A stretch of 64,000 nucleotides of DNA from an uncultured Chloroflexia bacterium (GCA_963827475.1 CAWHAZ010000007.1:64001-128000); one strand, 5' to 3'; shown: positions 21,721-32,728, numbered from the stretch's first letter. A program made the numbers and translations. The notes: generated from the sequence alone by a model not told the origin.

Positions 21721-23216
21721 GTGGCCACGATCATCCCGCGCTGGGAATGGCGCACGTTCGGCACCCGCTTCGGGGCAGCTGACGTGGTCTTCCGCGCGCT
21801 GACTCCGACCGGCATCCAGGAGAGCGACGAGCTGTACCTGCTGTCCGGGGTTGGGGACAACGTCAAGGTGCGCGACGACCTCATGGACATCAAGGTCCTG
21901 AAGGAGGTCAACGCCGACGGGCTCGAGCAGTGGACTCCGGTCATGAAGGCCGGATTCCCGCTCCCCGCAGCCGAGGTCACGAAGGTGTTCGAGGCGCTCC
22001 GGCGAGAGGTCCCGCACCTCGCCCGCGAGGCCTACACCCTCGACCAGTTCGTCGACGAATTGGTTCCCACGGCCGACGGTCTTCGCACCGTGACCGTCCA
22101 CAAGCGACGCGTCCGGTACATGATCGGCGGCTGCATCTCGGAGCTCTCGGACGTCTCCGCGGCCGGGAAGGAGACAGCGACGGTGGCGATCGAATCCGAG
22201 GATGCGGCTGCAGTCATCGCCGCGGTCCGCTCGATCGGCCTGGGCGACTACGTGAACACCAGCTACCCACGGGGTCTGGCGGATCTCATCGACGGGACGC
22301 CACAGCGATTCGCGGTCATCGACGTCGGGACCAACTCGATCAAGTTCCACCTCGCGGAGCGCCATGCCGACGGCACCTGGAAGACGCTGGCCGATCGGTC
22401 CGAGGTGACGCGCATCGGCGAGGGGCTCGAGGATACCGGGCGAGATCGGTCCGGAACCGCTCGAGCGGGCTGCGACGGCGATCGCGGGGATGGTGGAAGA
22501 GGCGCGGTCGCACGACGCGCGGGCGATCGCCGCGGTGGGGACCGCCGGCCTGCGCATGGCGGGCAACCAACAGGCGGTGGTCGACGCCATCCGGGATCGG
22601 GCGGGGGTCACGGTCGAGGTCATCCCCGGCGACGAGGAGAGCCGGCTGGCCTACCTCGCCGTCAAGAACGGGATCGGGCTTGCTGCCGGCTCACTGGTCG
22701 TGTTCGACACGGGCGGCGGCAGCTCCCAGTTCACCTTCGGCCAGGGCGACCGGGTGGACGAGCGGTTCAGCGTCGACGTCGGAGCCGTCCGGTTCACGGA
22801 GCGGTTCGGGCTCGACGGCGTCGTCTCCGAACGAGGTGCTGCGGGAGGCGCTCGATGCCATAGCCGCGGACCTGTCGAGCCTCGAGGGCCGACCGACCCC
22901 CGATGCCCTGGTCGGGATGGGCGGCGCGATCACGAACATCACTGCCGTGAAGCACGAGCTGGCCACCTACGACCCGGACGTCGTGCAGGGAACGGTCCTC
23001 GACCGGGCCGAGATCGACCGGCAGATCGAGCTGTACCGATCGCGGGACGCGGAGGCGCGTCGCCAGATCGTCGGTCTTCAGCCCAAGCGGGCCGAGGTGA
23101 TCCTGGCCGGGGCCTGCATCGTCAGGACCGTGATGGACAAGCTGGGCCGCGACGACCTCACGGTCAGCGACCGCGGTCTCCGCCACGGCCTGCTGGTGGA
23201 GCGCTTCGGCGCATAG
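21721..23216 (+). CDS. Ppx/GppA-family phosphatase with an extra N-terminal CYTH-like domain; frameshifts ~22440 and ~22830
   Basis: AVIDVGTNS, TAGLR, GDEESRL, DTGGGSSQ, RAEVILAG, VSDRGLRHG; N-terminal ~195 aa begins RWEWRTF. Confidence 0.82.
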
Positions 23217-23234
23217 GTCGCCGCCCGCGACTCT

Positions 23235-24279
23235 CTAGCCGGGGACGAGCACGGCGGTACCTGCGCCGATGTTTCCACCCGCCAGATCGGCGAGGGCTAG
23301 GTTGGCATCGGCCAGGGGATACGGCCTGACTGAGGTGCGGATGGGGATGGCGGCCGCGAGCTCGAGGAACTCGGCCGCGTCGGCACGGGTGACGTTCGCC
23401 ACGCTGCGCAGGACGCGCTCCTCCCACAGCAGGCGGTACGGGAAGGCAGGCACCTGGTCGAGGTGGATGGCGTTGATGACGACCGTGCCGCCGGGGGCCA
23501 CGTCGCCCAGCGCGAACACGGCCACCGTCCCGACCGGGGCGAACGAGATGGCCGCGTCCAGCGGGCGGGCCGGCGGCTCGGCGTAGCCGCCCGCGGATAC
23601 AGCACCCAGCTCGAGCGCCCGCTCCCGTTCCTCCGCGGAACGGGAGGCGACGTGGACCTCACAGCCGAGGTGGACGGCCTCCTGGATGGCCAGCGCAGCT
23701 GAGGCCCCGAAGCCGTACAGGCCCAGGCGGAAGGGCCCGGACCGATGCCCGGCCGCGTCCGGGCCCCCGGCCGCGAGCGCAGGCACGCCCGCCAGCCGCA
23801 GGGCCCGGTGGCCGATCACTCCACCGCACAGCAGCGGGGCCGCCTCGGCATCCGTGAACGCCTCAGGCAGGCGGACGGAGAACGGCTGCGGCCACGGTGA
23901 CCTCGTCCGCGAACCCGCCGTCGCGGTCCCAGCCGGTGAAGGTGGCGCTGGGGCACAGGTTCTCCCGACCGCCCAGGCAGTAGTCGCAGGTGCCGTCGGC
24001 ACCTGCCAGCCAGATGACGCCGGCGCGGTCGCCAACGGACCAGTCCGTCACGCCCTCGCCGACGGCGGTGACCTTCCCCACGACCTGGTGCCCCGGCACG
24101 ATCGGCAGGCGCCTGGCCGGGAGGTCACCCTCGACGATCTGCAGATCGGTCCGGCACACCGCGGTCGCGGCCACCCGCAGGGTGAGCTCGCCCGCACCCG
24201 GCGCGACGGGGTCGCGATCGGCGAGTGTCAGCCGGCCGGCGGAGGGGCGCCCCGGCTGGCGCAGCTCCATCGCCTGCAT
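23235..24279 (-). CDS. Zn-binding alcohol dehydrogenase family protein; frameshift ~23880
   Basis: VCRTD, PGHQ, CDYC...ENLC, PLLCGG, YGFGAS. Confidence 0.88.
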
Positions 24280-24282
24280 CGG

Positions 24283-25641
24283 TCAGTCGCCGAGCTCCTG
24301 TGCGGCCTGCATGAACACCCCGCCCATGACCCGGGACAGGGTCGGGAAGGCGTGGATGGTGTCGGCCAGGACCGCCAGCGGGGTCCGCAGCTTCACGGCC
24401 AGCACCGCCTCGTGGATGGCCTCCGACGCGCCCGGCCCGGCGAGGAACACGCCCACCACCGTGCGCCTTGCCCGGTCCACGATCACGATCACGTGTCCCT
24501 CCGCCTCGGCCGTGTAGCCCTTGGCGCTGGTGGCGATGTCCTCCGCGAACTCGATCGCGTCGATGTCGGCCTTCAGGGCTTCCTCGAGCTGGAGACCGAC
24601 CGATGCCGTCTCCGGATCGGTGTAGGTCGCTCGCGGGATGGCCCGGAAGTCGGGCCGGACGTCGTCGCCCAGCGCCATGCGGACCACCATCTCGCCCTCG
24701 TAGTGGGCGACGTGGGTATGGAGCTCGGGACCTGCCGGGTCGCCGGCCACCCACACGCCCTCGGCGATCCGCAGCTGCGGGTCGGGGCGGAGGCGGCCGT
24801 CGGACACGTCCACGCCGACGGTCTCCAGTCCCAGGCCGTCGAGCGGGACCACCCGGCCGATGGCGAGCAGCACCGCCGATCCTTCCACGCTGCTCCCGTC
24901 GTTCAGCTCGACCCGGTGGCGGCCGTTCTGTCCGTCGCCGGGATGGACACGGATGGCCCGCGCCCCGGTGTGGATGGTCGCCCCCGCCTGCTCCAGGGCG
25001 CGCTGGAGGATGGCCGAGTTCCGGGGGTGGTCGCGGGCCAGGATTCGCGGGTTGGAGTCGACGATGGTGACCGGTACCCCGTAGCGCGCATAGACCTGGG
25101 CCAGTTCGATGCCGGTCGGCCCGCCGCCGAGGACGAGCAGGCTCTCCGGCAGCTCGCTGGCCGACGTCGCCTCGCGGTTGGTCCAGTACGGGATCTGGTC
25201 CAGCCCGGGCAGGTTCGGAATGCGCGACTGCGAGCCGACAGCCACGACCACGTGGGTGCCCTCCAGCTCGTGGGTGACGTCCTCGTGGGTCACCACCACC
25301 CGTCCCGGTCCATCCAGGCGCGCCGTGCCGCGGACGATCACCGCCCCCACGTCCTGCAGCCGCTGGACGTGGAACGCGTCGTCGGGGTAGGGGATGCCGA
25401 TCCGGTTGATGTTGTAGTCGCGGCGATCCGCGGCCTTCGGCCACGGGTAGTCGCCACCGCCGGCGTGGACCGCCGCCGAGTGGAGCAGGGACTTCGACGG
25501 GATGCAGGCCCAGAACGAGCAGGAGCCGCCGACGAGGTCGCGGTCGACGATCGCGACCGTGGCGCCGCGCTGACGGGCCTTGTTGGCCGCCGCCTCACCG
25601 GCTGCTCCGGCGCCGATCACGACGAAGTCAAACCGATCCAT
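24283..25641 (-). CDS. Class I pyridine nucleotide-disulfide oxidoreductase
   Basis: GAGAAG, GGSCSFWACIPSK redox disulfide, GGGPTG, HAFPT. Confidence 0.9.
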   Translation of the reverse strand: MDRFDFVVIGAGAAGEAAANKARQRGATVAIVDRDLVGGSCSFWACIPSKSLLHSAAVHAGGGDYPWPKAADRRDYNINRIGIPYPDDAFHVQRLQDVGAVIVRGTARLDGPGRVVVTHEDVTHELEGTHVVVAVGSQSRIPNLPGLDQIPYWTNREATSASELPESLLVLGGGPTGIELAQVYARYGVPVTIVDSNPRILARDHPRNSAILQRALEQAGATIHTGARAIRVHPGDGQNGRHRVELNDGSSVEGSAVLLAIGRVVPLDGLGLETVGVDVSDGRLRPDPQLRIAEGVWVAGDPAGPELHTHVAHYEGEMVVRMALGDDVRPDFRAIPRATYTDPETASVGLQLEEALKADIDAIEFAEDIATSAKGYTAEAEGHVIVIVDRARRTVVGVFLAGPGASEAIHEAVLAVKLRTPLAVLADTIHAFPTLSRVMGGVFMQAAQELGD

Positions 25642-26831
25642 GTCCCCGCTCCTCGCCCCCGATCCAGATCCGCAGCGGGGCGACCGCGCCCATGTGCAGG
25701 GCGAACGCCCCCTCGTGCTCAGCGTCCCAGGCCACGAGGTCGGCCGCCAGCCCCTCGCGGATGACTCCGGTCTCGGTGGACAGACCGATGGCGGCGGCCC
25801 CGCCCGCGGTGGCCGCCGCGACCGCCTCGTCGACGGTCATGTCCAGGTCGGTCGCCCCGAGGCCGACGACCAGCGGCATGGACGGGTTGGCGTAGGTGCC
25901 CGCGTTCGCGTCGCTGGCCAGGGCCACGGTGGCGCCCCCGTCGAGCAGGGCGCGGGCAGGCGGGCGACGGTCGCCCAGCAGCAGGGCCGGCCCGGGGAGG
26001 AGGGTCGCCACCGTGCGCGACGCGGCCAGGATCGCGACCCCGTCGTGGTCGAGCCGTTCGAGGTGGTCGACCGAGACGGCGCCGATCCGTCACCCCGAGC
26101 TCGGTGGCCCCGGTCCGCGCCAGCTGCTCGGCATGGAGCTTGGCTCCCATCCCGTGGGCTCCGGCGGCGGAGAGCACCCGCTCCGCCTGGGCCACCGTGA
26201 AGAAGCCCTCGTCACAAAAGACGTCGGCGAACTCGGCGTCACCGGCGACGGCCGGGATCATGTTGTGGACGACCTCGTCGACGTACTCCTCGGTCGAGGC
26301 CGCCTCGGGCGGCACGGCGTGGGCGCCGAGGAACGTGCGGACGACCCGAATGCCGACCCGCTCGCCGGCGGCCCGGATGATGCGCAGGCTGCGCAGCTCA
26401 TCGGCGAGCTCGAGCCCGTAGCCCGACTTCGCTTCCAGAGTGGTAGTGCCGCCGTCGAGCGCGGCCTGGAACCGCTCCTCGACCAGGGCCTCCAGCAGGT
26501 CGTCCGATGCCGCGCGGGTGGCCGCCACCGTGCGCAGGATGCCGCCCGCGGCATACGGCTGACCCGCCAGCCGCGCCGCGGCCTCGTCCGAGCGGTCACC
26601 GACGAAGACCGGATGGGTGTGGGCGTCCACCAGGCCGGGGCTGACCAGTGCGCTGCCGAGGTCCTCGAACCGGTCGGTGGCCGGGGCCTCGTCCGGTGTC
26701 CCGACCCACGCCACCCGCCCGTCGCGGACGAGGACGGCCCACGGCGAGAGGGTGCCGGGGGCATCGACCGCGTGGACCTGCGCCATCAGCAGCCGCCCGG
26801 TCCCGGTCAGGAGCAGCGGCTCGTCGGTCAT
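25628..26831 (-). CDS. hutI: Imidazolonepropionase; frameshift ~26090
   Basis: DAHTH, GGILRTV, GTTTLEAKSGYGL, FLGAHAVP, DVFCD, HAEQ, ALASD. Confidence 0.85.
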
Positions 26832-26853
26832 GGCGCGAACCATAGCCGACCCT

Positions 26854-27795
26854 CTACGGCCCCTCCGCCGCCTCGGCTCCGGCCGCCTGCCGCATCCGCG
26901 GAGCACGCGCCGTGGCGAGGACAACCCCGCCGACCACCATCGCCACGCCGAGCAGCTGGGTGGGGGACGGCGACTCGCCGAGGATGAGCATGGCCAGCCC
27001 GACCGCCGCCACCGGCTGGATGAGGAGGACGATGGACGTGACGGCCGACGGGAGTCGCGGCAGGGCAACGCTGATCAACAGGTAGCCCACCACCTGGGCG
27101 CTGAGGGCGAGGATGAGCAGCCAGGCGGCGGACGGCCAGGTGGGCAGGAACGAGATCTCGCCGAGGACCAGGCCGGCCGCCGCCGAGGCCACGGCCGCCG
27201 ACGCAGTGGCGTCGAGCAGCGGGCCTGCCGGTCGCCGGGGGTCGCGGTTGCCGCGCCGCTGGACGAGGAGGAACCCGGCGTAGGCGGCGCCGGTGAACAG
27301 GCCCAGGAGCACCCCGCCGACCGGGTTCTCGCCGTACGCCCCCTCACCGACCACCCCCGAGATCAGGACGACGCCGCTGAGCGCGATCAGGAGGGCTACC
27401 ACGAGGCGGGCGGTCAGGCGCTCCCCGAAGAACAGCCAGGCGGCGACGGCCACGAACACGACCTGGGTATTGCCCAGGACGGTGGCCAGCCCGGCCCCGA
27501 CCATCGCGATCGCGTAGTGCCAGGCCACCAGGTCGGCGGCGAAGAACAGGCCGGCGATGATCGCCAGCCGACGCTGGCCCGGCGCCCGCGGACCGAAGCG
27601 GCGCTCCTCCGCCCGAGCCAGGAACCAGAGCACCGGCAGCGCATAGACGCAGCGGAAGACGGCTGCCGTCGCCGGTTCCACGTTGGCCAGGCGGACGAGG
27701 ACCCCGGTGAACGAGATGACCAGCGCCGCGAGAACGGCCGCGGTGACGGGCCGCGAGCCGAGCCGGTCGAGGGGCGCGGCCAGCTCGCTGCTCAT
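26854..27795 (-). CDS. DMT/EamA family transporter
   Basis: About ten TM helices in two repeats; LLIQPV...ILGE. Confidence 0.88.
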   Translation of the reverse strand: MSSELAAPLDRLGSRPVTAAVLAALVISFTGVLVRLANVEPATAAVFRCVYALPVLWFLARAEERRFGPRAPGQRRLAIIAGLFFAADLVAWHYAIAMVGAGLATVLGNTQVVFVAVAAWLFFGERLTARLVVALLIALSGVVLISGVVGEGAYGENPVGGVLLGLFTGAAYAGFLLVQRRGNRDPRRPAGPLLDATASAAVASAAAGLVLGEISFLPTWPSAAWLLILALSAQVVGYLLISVALPRLPSAVTSIVLLIQPVAAVGLAMLILGESPSPTQLLGVAMVVGGVVLATARAPRMRQAAGAEAAEGP

Positions 27796-27858
27796 CGGTC
27801 GTACGGTATCCGTTCTGCCTTGCCGCAGCCCAAGCGAAGCCCGAAACTAGGCAGCCCG

Positions 27859-30507
27859 ATGACAACCCTGCCCACCGGCACCGTCACGTTCCTCTTCACC
27901 GACATCGAGGGCAGCACCCGCCTCGTCCAGTCGCTCGGGGCCGGATGGACCGCTGTCCTCGAGCGGCATCACGCCCTGCTCCGCGAGGCGATCGCCATCG
28001 GCGAAGGCACCGAGGTCAGCACCGAGGGCGATGCCTTCTTCGCGGTCTTTCCATCGGCCCAGCGGGCCGTCGCAGCGGCGTGCAGCGCTCAGCGAGCGCT
28101 TGCCGCGGAGCCCTGGCCGGAGGACGCGACCATCCGCGTGCGAATGGGGCTCCACACCGGGGAGGGGAGACTGGGCGGTGACAGCTACGTTGGATTGGAC
28201 GTGCACCGAGCGGCTCGGGTGGCCGCTGCCGGCCACGGGGGCCAGGTCCTGATCTCGGAGGCGACGCAGGCCCTGGCCGCCGGAGACCTTCCAGCGGGGG
28301 TCGGACTCTCCGATCTCGGCCAGCATCGGCTCAAGGATCTTTCGCGGCCCGAGCACCTGTGGCAGCTGACCATCGAGGGCCTGCCAGCCGACTTTCCGCC
28401 GCCGCGATCGCTGGACGCCACCCCGAACAACCTCCCACTCCAGCTGACCTCGTTCCTCGGCCGACGACGGGAGGTGCAGCAGGTCCTCGGCCTGCTCGCC
28501 GACCACCGGCTGGTGACCCTCACCGGGCCGGGCGGCACGGGCAAGACCCGGCTGGCGTTGCAGGTCGCCGCCGAGGCTGCTGAGCTCTTCGCGGACGGCG
28601 TCTACTTCGTGGCCCTCGAGCCCATCTCCAACCCCGATCTGTTCGTGCCGACCATGGCGCAGGCGCTGGCCATGCCCGATCCGGGTTCGGCGTCGCTCCA
28701 GCGCCTGGCCGAGCACCTGGGGAACCGGGCGTACCTGCTGGTGCTCGACAACTTCGAGCAGGTGGACGCCGCGGCGCCGCAGGTCGGTGACCTGCTGGCC
28801 CTCGCTCCCCGGACGGCGGTGCTGGCCACCAGCCGCAGCCCGCTTCGCGTCTACGGCGAGCGGGAGTACCCGGTCCCGCCCCTGGAAGTGCCCGATCCCC
28901 GGCACCTGCCCGACCTGGAGCGGTTCACCCAGTTCGAATCGGTCGCCCTCTTCACCGAGCGGGCGGTGGCGGTCCGACCTGACTTCGCGGTCGACAACGA
29001 CAACGCCCCGGCCGTGGCCGAGATCTGCGTCCGCCTCGACGGGCTGCCGCTCGCCATCGAGCTCGCCGCGGCCCGCGTGCGGGTGCTCAGCCCGCAGGCC
29101 ATCCTCGACCGCCTCAACGACCGGTTTGCGCTGCTGTCCAGCGGTGCCCGCGACCTGCCGGAGCGGCAGCAGACGCTGCGCGGCGCGATCGCGTGGAGCC
29201 ACGATCTGCTCGAGGAGTCGGACCGCCGGGCGTTTGCCCGCCTGTCGGTCTTCGCCGGAGGCGCGAGCCTGGAGCAGATCGAGGAGGTCTGCTTCGAGCC
29301 GGACGAGCGGGCACAGGCCCTGGACGTGGTTGCCTCGCTCGTGGACAAGAGCCTCCTGCGCGAGGAGTCGATGAGCGACGAGCCGCGGTTCCGGATGCTG
29401 GAGTCCATTCGCCAGTTCGCCGCTGAACAGCTGGCGGCCGGCGGCGAGGCGGAGACCCTGCGCGAACGGCACGCGGCGGCCATCGTGGCCTTCACGGAAC
29501 GCGCCGCGGCAGAAGTCCTCGGCGCCGACAGCCGGGACTGGCTGGACCGATACGAGCTGGAGCGGGACAACATCCGCGCCGCGATGCGCTGGGCTCTGGA
29601 CGGGCCGCACACCGAGACCGCGCTTCGCCTGCTCACGGCCTGTTGGCGGTACTGGCAGATCCGCGGCTATCTGACCGAGGCGCGCAGCCTCGCGGAGCAG
29701 GCGCTCGCGCTCCAGGACGCCACCGCGTTTCCCGGGCCCCGGGAGCAGGCCCTGGAGGCCGCGGGAGGTATCGCCTACTGGCAGGGGGACGCCGACGCCG
29801 CGCGGGTCTGGTACCAGGAGACCCTGGACCTGGCACGTGCGCGGCACGACGACCGAGCCGAGGCCAACGCCCTGTACAACATGACCTTCACCTACGTCTG
29901 GCAGCCGGAGGCCCAGGCCGAGGCGCGTCAGGTGGCGCAGGAGTCGCTGGCGGTCAACCAGCGGCTGAACGACCGACAGGGCATCGGTCGGGCGCTGTGG
30001 GCGATCGCCAGCACCTACTACTTCGAGAGCGACCTGAACGAGGCGCAGAGGATCAACGGCGAGGCGCTCGACGTCTTCCGCGAGGTCGGTGACCAATTCA
30101 TGATCGGGTGGACGCTGTACATGCGCGGCCTGATCAGCCTGCGCGACGACCTCCAGGCAGCGCGCACGGATCTCACGGAGGCATACGGGATCTTTCGATC
30201 GACCGATGACGTCACTGGCTACGCGCTGGTGTTCGACGCGTTCGCGGCGATCGCCCATCTCGGCGGCGATGACGTGGCGGCGGCTCGGCTGGCCGGTTAC
30301 GCGACCGCCACCGAGCGCCTCGCCGGCTCGGGCCTCGGCGCCGCCAACCGCGACCTGGCTCGCTTCGATCCCGATCGGTTGCGCGCGGAGAGCCCGGAGT
30401 TTGCCGCTGACTTCGCGATCGGTCAGCGCATGGAGCTCGCGGAGGTCGAGCGGCTCGCGCTGGGTGCCGACGCGCCGGGCGCCGACGCGCCGGCGCCGCC
30501 GGCCTAG
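27859..30507 (+). CDS. Class III adenylate/guanylate cyclase-NB-ARC/STAND ATPase-TPR protein
   Basis: FLFTDIEGST, EGDAFF, DVHRAAR; GPGGTGKT; LVLDNFEQ; LDGLPLAIELAAAR; helical C-terminus. Confidence 0.92.
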   Translation: MTTLPTGTVTFLFTDIEGSTRLVQSLGAGWTAVLERHHALLREAIAIGEGTEVSTEGDAFFAVFPSAQRAVAAACSAQRALAAEPWPEDATIRVRMGLHTGEGRLGGDSYVGLDVHRAARVAAAGHGGQVLISEATQALAAGDLPAGVGLSDLGQHRLKDLSRPEHLWQLTIEGLPADFPPPRSLDATPNNLPLQLTSFLGRRREVQQVLGLLADHRLVTLTGPGGTGKTRLALQVAAEAAELFADGVYFVALEPISNPDLFVPTMAQALAMPDPGSASLQRLAEHLGNRAYLLVLDNFEQVDAAAPQVGDLLALAPRTAVLATSRSPLRVYGEREYPVPPLEVPDPRHLPDLERFTQFESVALFTERAVAVRPDFAVDNDNAPAVAEICVRLDGLPLAIELAAARVRVLSPQAILDRLNDRFALLSSGARDLPERQQTLRGAIAWSHDLLEESDRRAFARLSVFAGGASLEQIEEVCFEPDERAQALDVVASLVDKSLLREESMSDEPRFRMLESIRQFAAEQLAAGGEAETLRERHAAAIVAFTERAAAEVLGADSRDWLDRYELERDNIRAAMRWALDGPHTETALRLLTACWRYWQIRGYLTEARSLAEQALALQDATAFPGPREQALEAAGGIAYWQGDADAARVWYQETLDLARARHDDRAEANALYNMTFTYVWQPEAQAEARQVAQESLAVNQRLNDRQGIGRALWAIASTYYFESDLNEAQRINGEALDVFREVGDQFMIGWTLYMRGLISLRDDLQAARTDLTEAYGIFRSTDDVTGYALVFDAFAAIAHLGGDDVAAARLAGYATATERLAGSGLGAANRDLARFDPDRLRAESPEFAADFAIGQRMELAEVERLALGADAPGADAPAPPA

Positions 30508-31304
30508 GCCGGGGCCGCCAGGTCGCGGCGGGGGAAGACGACCAGCGCCCAGATGACGGGCAGCACGATGGCAACGCCGAAGATCACGAGATCGATCGGA
30601 TCGAGGTTGCCGGTCACGATCTCGCCGGGGTTGAAGTGGTGGAACAGCGAGTACTCCTGGGTCCACTCCAGGTCCGGCAGGAACGAGCCCAGGATCTCGA
30701 AGAAGTAGTTGATGCCGAGGTACGCGAGCGCGAGACCGATGGCCGGGCCGCGGCGGTCGAAGGACACGCTGGCGGCCAATGAGAAGGCAGCGAACGCCGC
30801 CCACAGCATGAGGCCGACCACCCACACCACCGGCATCATCACCATGTCGATCTCGTCGTCGACGCCAAGCAGGTAGATGCTGAGCACCTGGCCGACCAGC
30901 AGCAGGGCCAGGACCACCGCGATCGCGATCTTCACCGCGGCTCCCACCGAGACGTAGAACCGGCGGCGCGACAGCGGTCGGGCGAGCACGACCTCGAGGG
31001 TCCCGGACTCCCGCTCGCCGGCGACCGCGCTGGCGGCCGCTCCAACCGCGAAGACCGCCACCAGACCGATACCGAGCGGGTGCTGGAAGCCGATCGTCAT
31101 CGCCCCGCCGAGGGTGAACAGGCTGCCCGAGCCGAAGTTCAGCAGGTCCTCCGGGAAGCCCGCACCGATCAACCCTTCGAACAGGTCCTGGAAGGTCACG
31201 TAGAAGGTCGGAATCAGGGCCCCCCAGGCGAGCGCGGCCAGGCCGACGGCGATCAGGCGACCGCGCTGCCAGTACAGGGACTGGCGCAGGACCCTCAGGC
31301 TCAC
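30504..31304 (-). CDS. ABC-2 type permease
   Basis: AGERESGTLEVVLARPLSR; FPRRDL. Confidence 0.88.
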   Translation of the reverse strand: MSLRVLRQSLYWQRGRLIAVGLAALAWGALIPTFYVTFQDLFEGLIGAGFPEDLLNFGSGSLFTLGGAMTIGFQHPLGIGLVAVFAVGAAASAVAGERESGTLEVVLARPLSRRRFYVSVGAAVKIAIAVVLALLLVGQVLSIYLLGVDDEIDMVMMPVVWVVGLMLWAAFAAFSLAASVSFDRRGPAIGLALAYLGINYFFEILGSFLPDLEWTQEYSLFHHFNPGEIVTGNLDPIDLVIFGVAIVLPVIWALVVFPRRDLAAPA

Positions 31305-32266
31305 GCCGCCCCTCGCGGCTCATCACGATCCTCGCCGGCGTAGAACTCGTAGAAGACCTCCTCCAGCCGGGCCGGCTCGATGAGCAGGTCGACGAGTGAC
31401 GGGGAGGCGACCGCGCGCACGAACGGAGCTACGTCGCCCGAAAGAGTGGCCGTGATCCGATCGCGGGTGGTCACGATGTCGGCGATGCCGGGAACCTCCG
31501 ACAGGTCGGGAGCCGCGCCTCGCCAGCGGAGGCTCACCCGCCGCTTCCGACGCGCCAGCAGCTCGTCCACGTGCTGGACGGCCATCAGGTGACCGGCACG
31601 GATGATCGCGACGCGGCTGCAGATGCGTTCTACCTCGCCGAGGTAGTGGGAGCTCATGAAGATCGTTCGGCCCGCTTCGCGGAGGTCCTCGAGGACCTCG
31701 TAGAACGCCAGCTGCATGAGCGGGTCGAGCCCCTCGGTCGGTTCGTCGAGGATGGCCAGCTCCGGGTCGTGCTGGAGCGCCTGGATGACGCCGATCTTCT
31801 GCCGCATCCCGCGGCTGTAGTCGCGCACCCTGCGGCCCAGGTCGCTGCGCGACAGCTGCAGCCGCTCGGCGAGCTCGTCCCGGCGCACCGGCTCTCGCTG
31901 CTGGATGTCGGCGTAGTACTCGAGTGACGCGGCCCCGGTGAGGGATCCATACACCGCCATGCCGCCGGGGAGGTATCCAACCTTGCGACGCAGGGCGACC
32001 GAATCGGTCGCGATGTCGTGGCCGAGGACGGTGGCGCTCCCGCTGCTGGCGTGGAGGAAGCCGAGCAGGGTGCGGATCATCGTCGTCTTGCCGGCGCCAT
32101 TCGGGCCAAGGAAGCCGAAGATCTCGCCCGGCTCGACGTCCAGGCTGACGTCATTCAGGGCCCGGATCGGCCCGCTGCCGCGACCGGGACGGTGGAGCCC
32201 AGCGCCGTAGTGCTTGGTGAGGTGCTCGGCGCGGATGACCGGCTCGGCGGGGGGCGTGGTCAACAC
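31301..32266 (-). CDS. ABC transporter ATP-binding protein
   Basis: GPNGAGKTT, YSRGMRQK, ILDEPT. Confidence 0.93.
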   Translation of the reverse strand: MLTTPPAEPVIRAEHLTKHYGAGLHRPGRGSGPIRALNDVSLDVEPGEIFGFLGPNGAGKTTMIRTLLGFLHASSGSATVLGHDIATDSVALRRKVGYLPGGMAVYGSLTGAASLEYYADIQQREPVRRDELAERLQLSRSDLGRRVRDYSRGMRQKIGVIQALQHDPELAILDEPTEGLDPLMQLAFYEVLEDLREAGRTIFMSSHYLGEVERICSRVAIIRAGHLMAVQHVDELLARRKRRVSLRWRGAAPDLSEVPGIADIVTTRDRITATLSGDVAPFVRAVASPSLVDLLIEPARLEEVFYEFYAGEDRDEPRGAA

Positions 32267-32275
32267 ACCCCGAGC

Positions 32276-32728
32276 CTACTGCATCAGGATCGGCTCGGGG
32301 CTCACGCCGAGGTCGGCGAATCGCTGGAGGGCTGTCAGGTCGCTGGCGCTGGTGAGGACGGTCCGGGCGCGATCCATGGACACCCAGCGCAGCTCATCGA
32401 CCTCGTCACTGGCGGCGAAGGCACCCGAGGTGGCCTGCATCGCCCACCAGCGCACGACCTTCGGCCGGTCCACGCCGTTCACGGGTTTTCGGTAGCGCGT
32501 CGTCCCGAGCGGCTCACCGACACGGACGTGGAACCCGGTTTCCTCGAGCACCTCGCGGATGGCGGCGTCCAGGTCCGACTCGCCCTGCGCCAGCTTCCCC
32601 TTGGGGAGGCACCAGTCGTCGTAGCGCGGCCGGTGCACGACCGCCAGCTCAATGTCCCAGGCGTCACCTTCGGCAGGGGCGGGACGCCACAGGACGCCGC
32701 CCGCCGCCCGGATGAGCGATCCGTTCAC
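32276..32728 (-). CDS. NUDIX hydrolase (MutT1 N-domain-like)
   Basis: HRPRYDDWCLPKGK; Nudix box G...E...REVLEETG. Confidence 0.9.
   Translation of the reverse strand: MNGSLIRAAGGVLWRPAPAEGDAWDIELAVVHRPRYDDWCLPKGKLAQGESDLDAAIREVLEETGFHVRVGEPLGTTRYRKPVNGVDRPKVVRWWAMQATSGAFAASDEVDELRWVSMDRARTVLTSASDLTALQRFADLGVSPEPILMQ

Noticed and set aside
24283-25641. Mercuric reductase merA or true lpdA
   Set aside because: No C-terminal Cys pair or mer genes, and HAFPT instead of HxHPT with no dehydrogenase complex nearby.
26617-31326. Very long overlapping or antisense ORFs (27847..31326 minus; 5' extension of 26617..30507), and similar ORFs at 2106..4487 and 34219..36390
   Set aside because: Shadow ORFs typical of high-GC codon bias, with no motifs.
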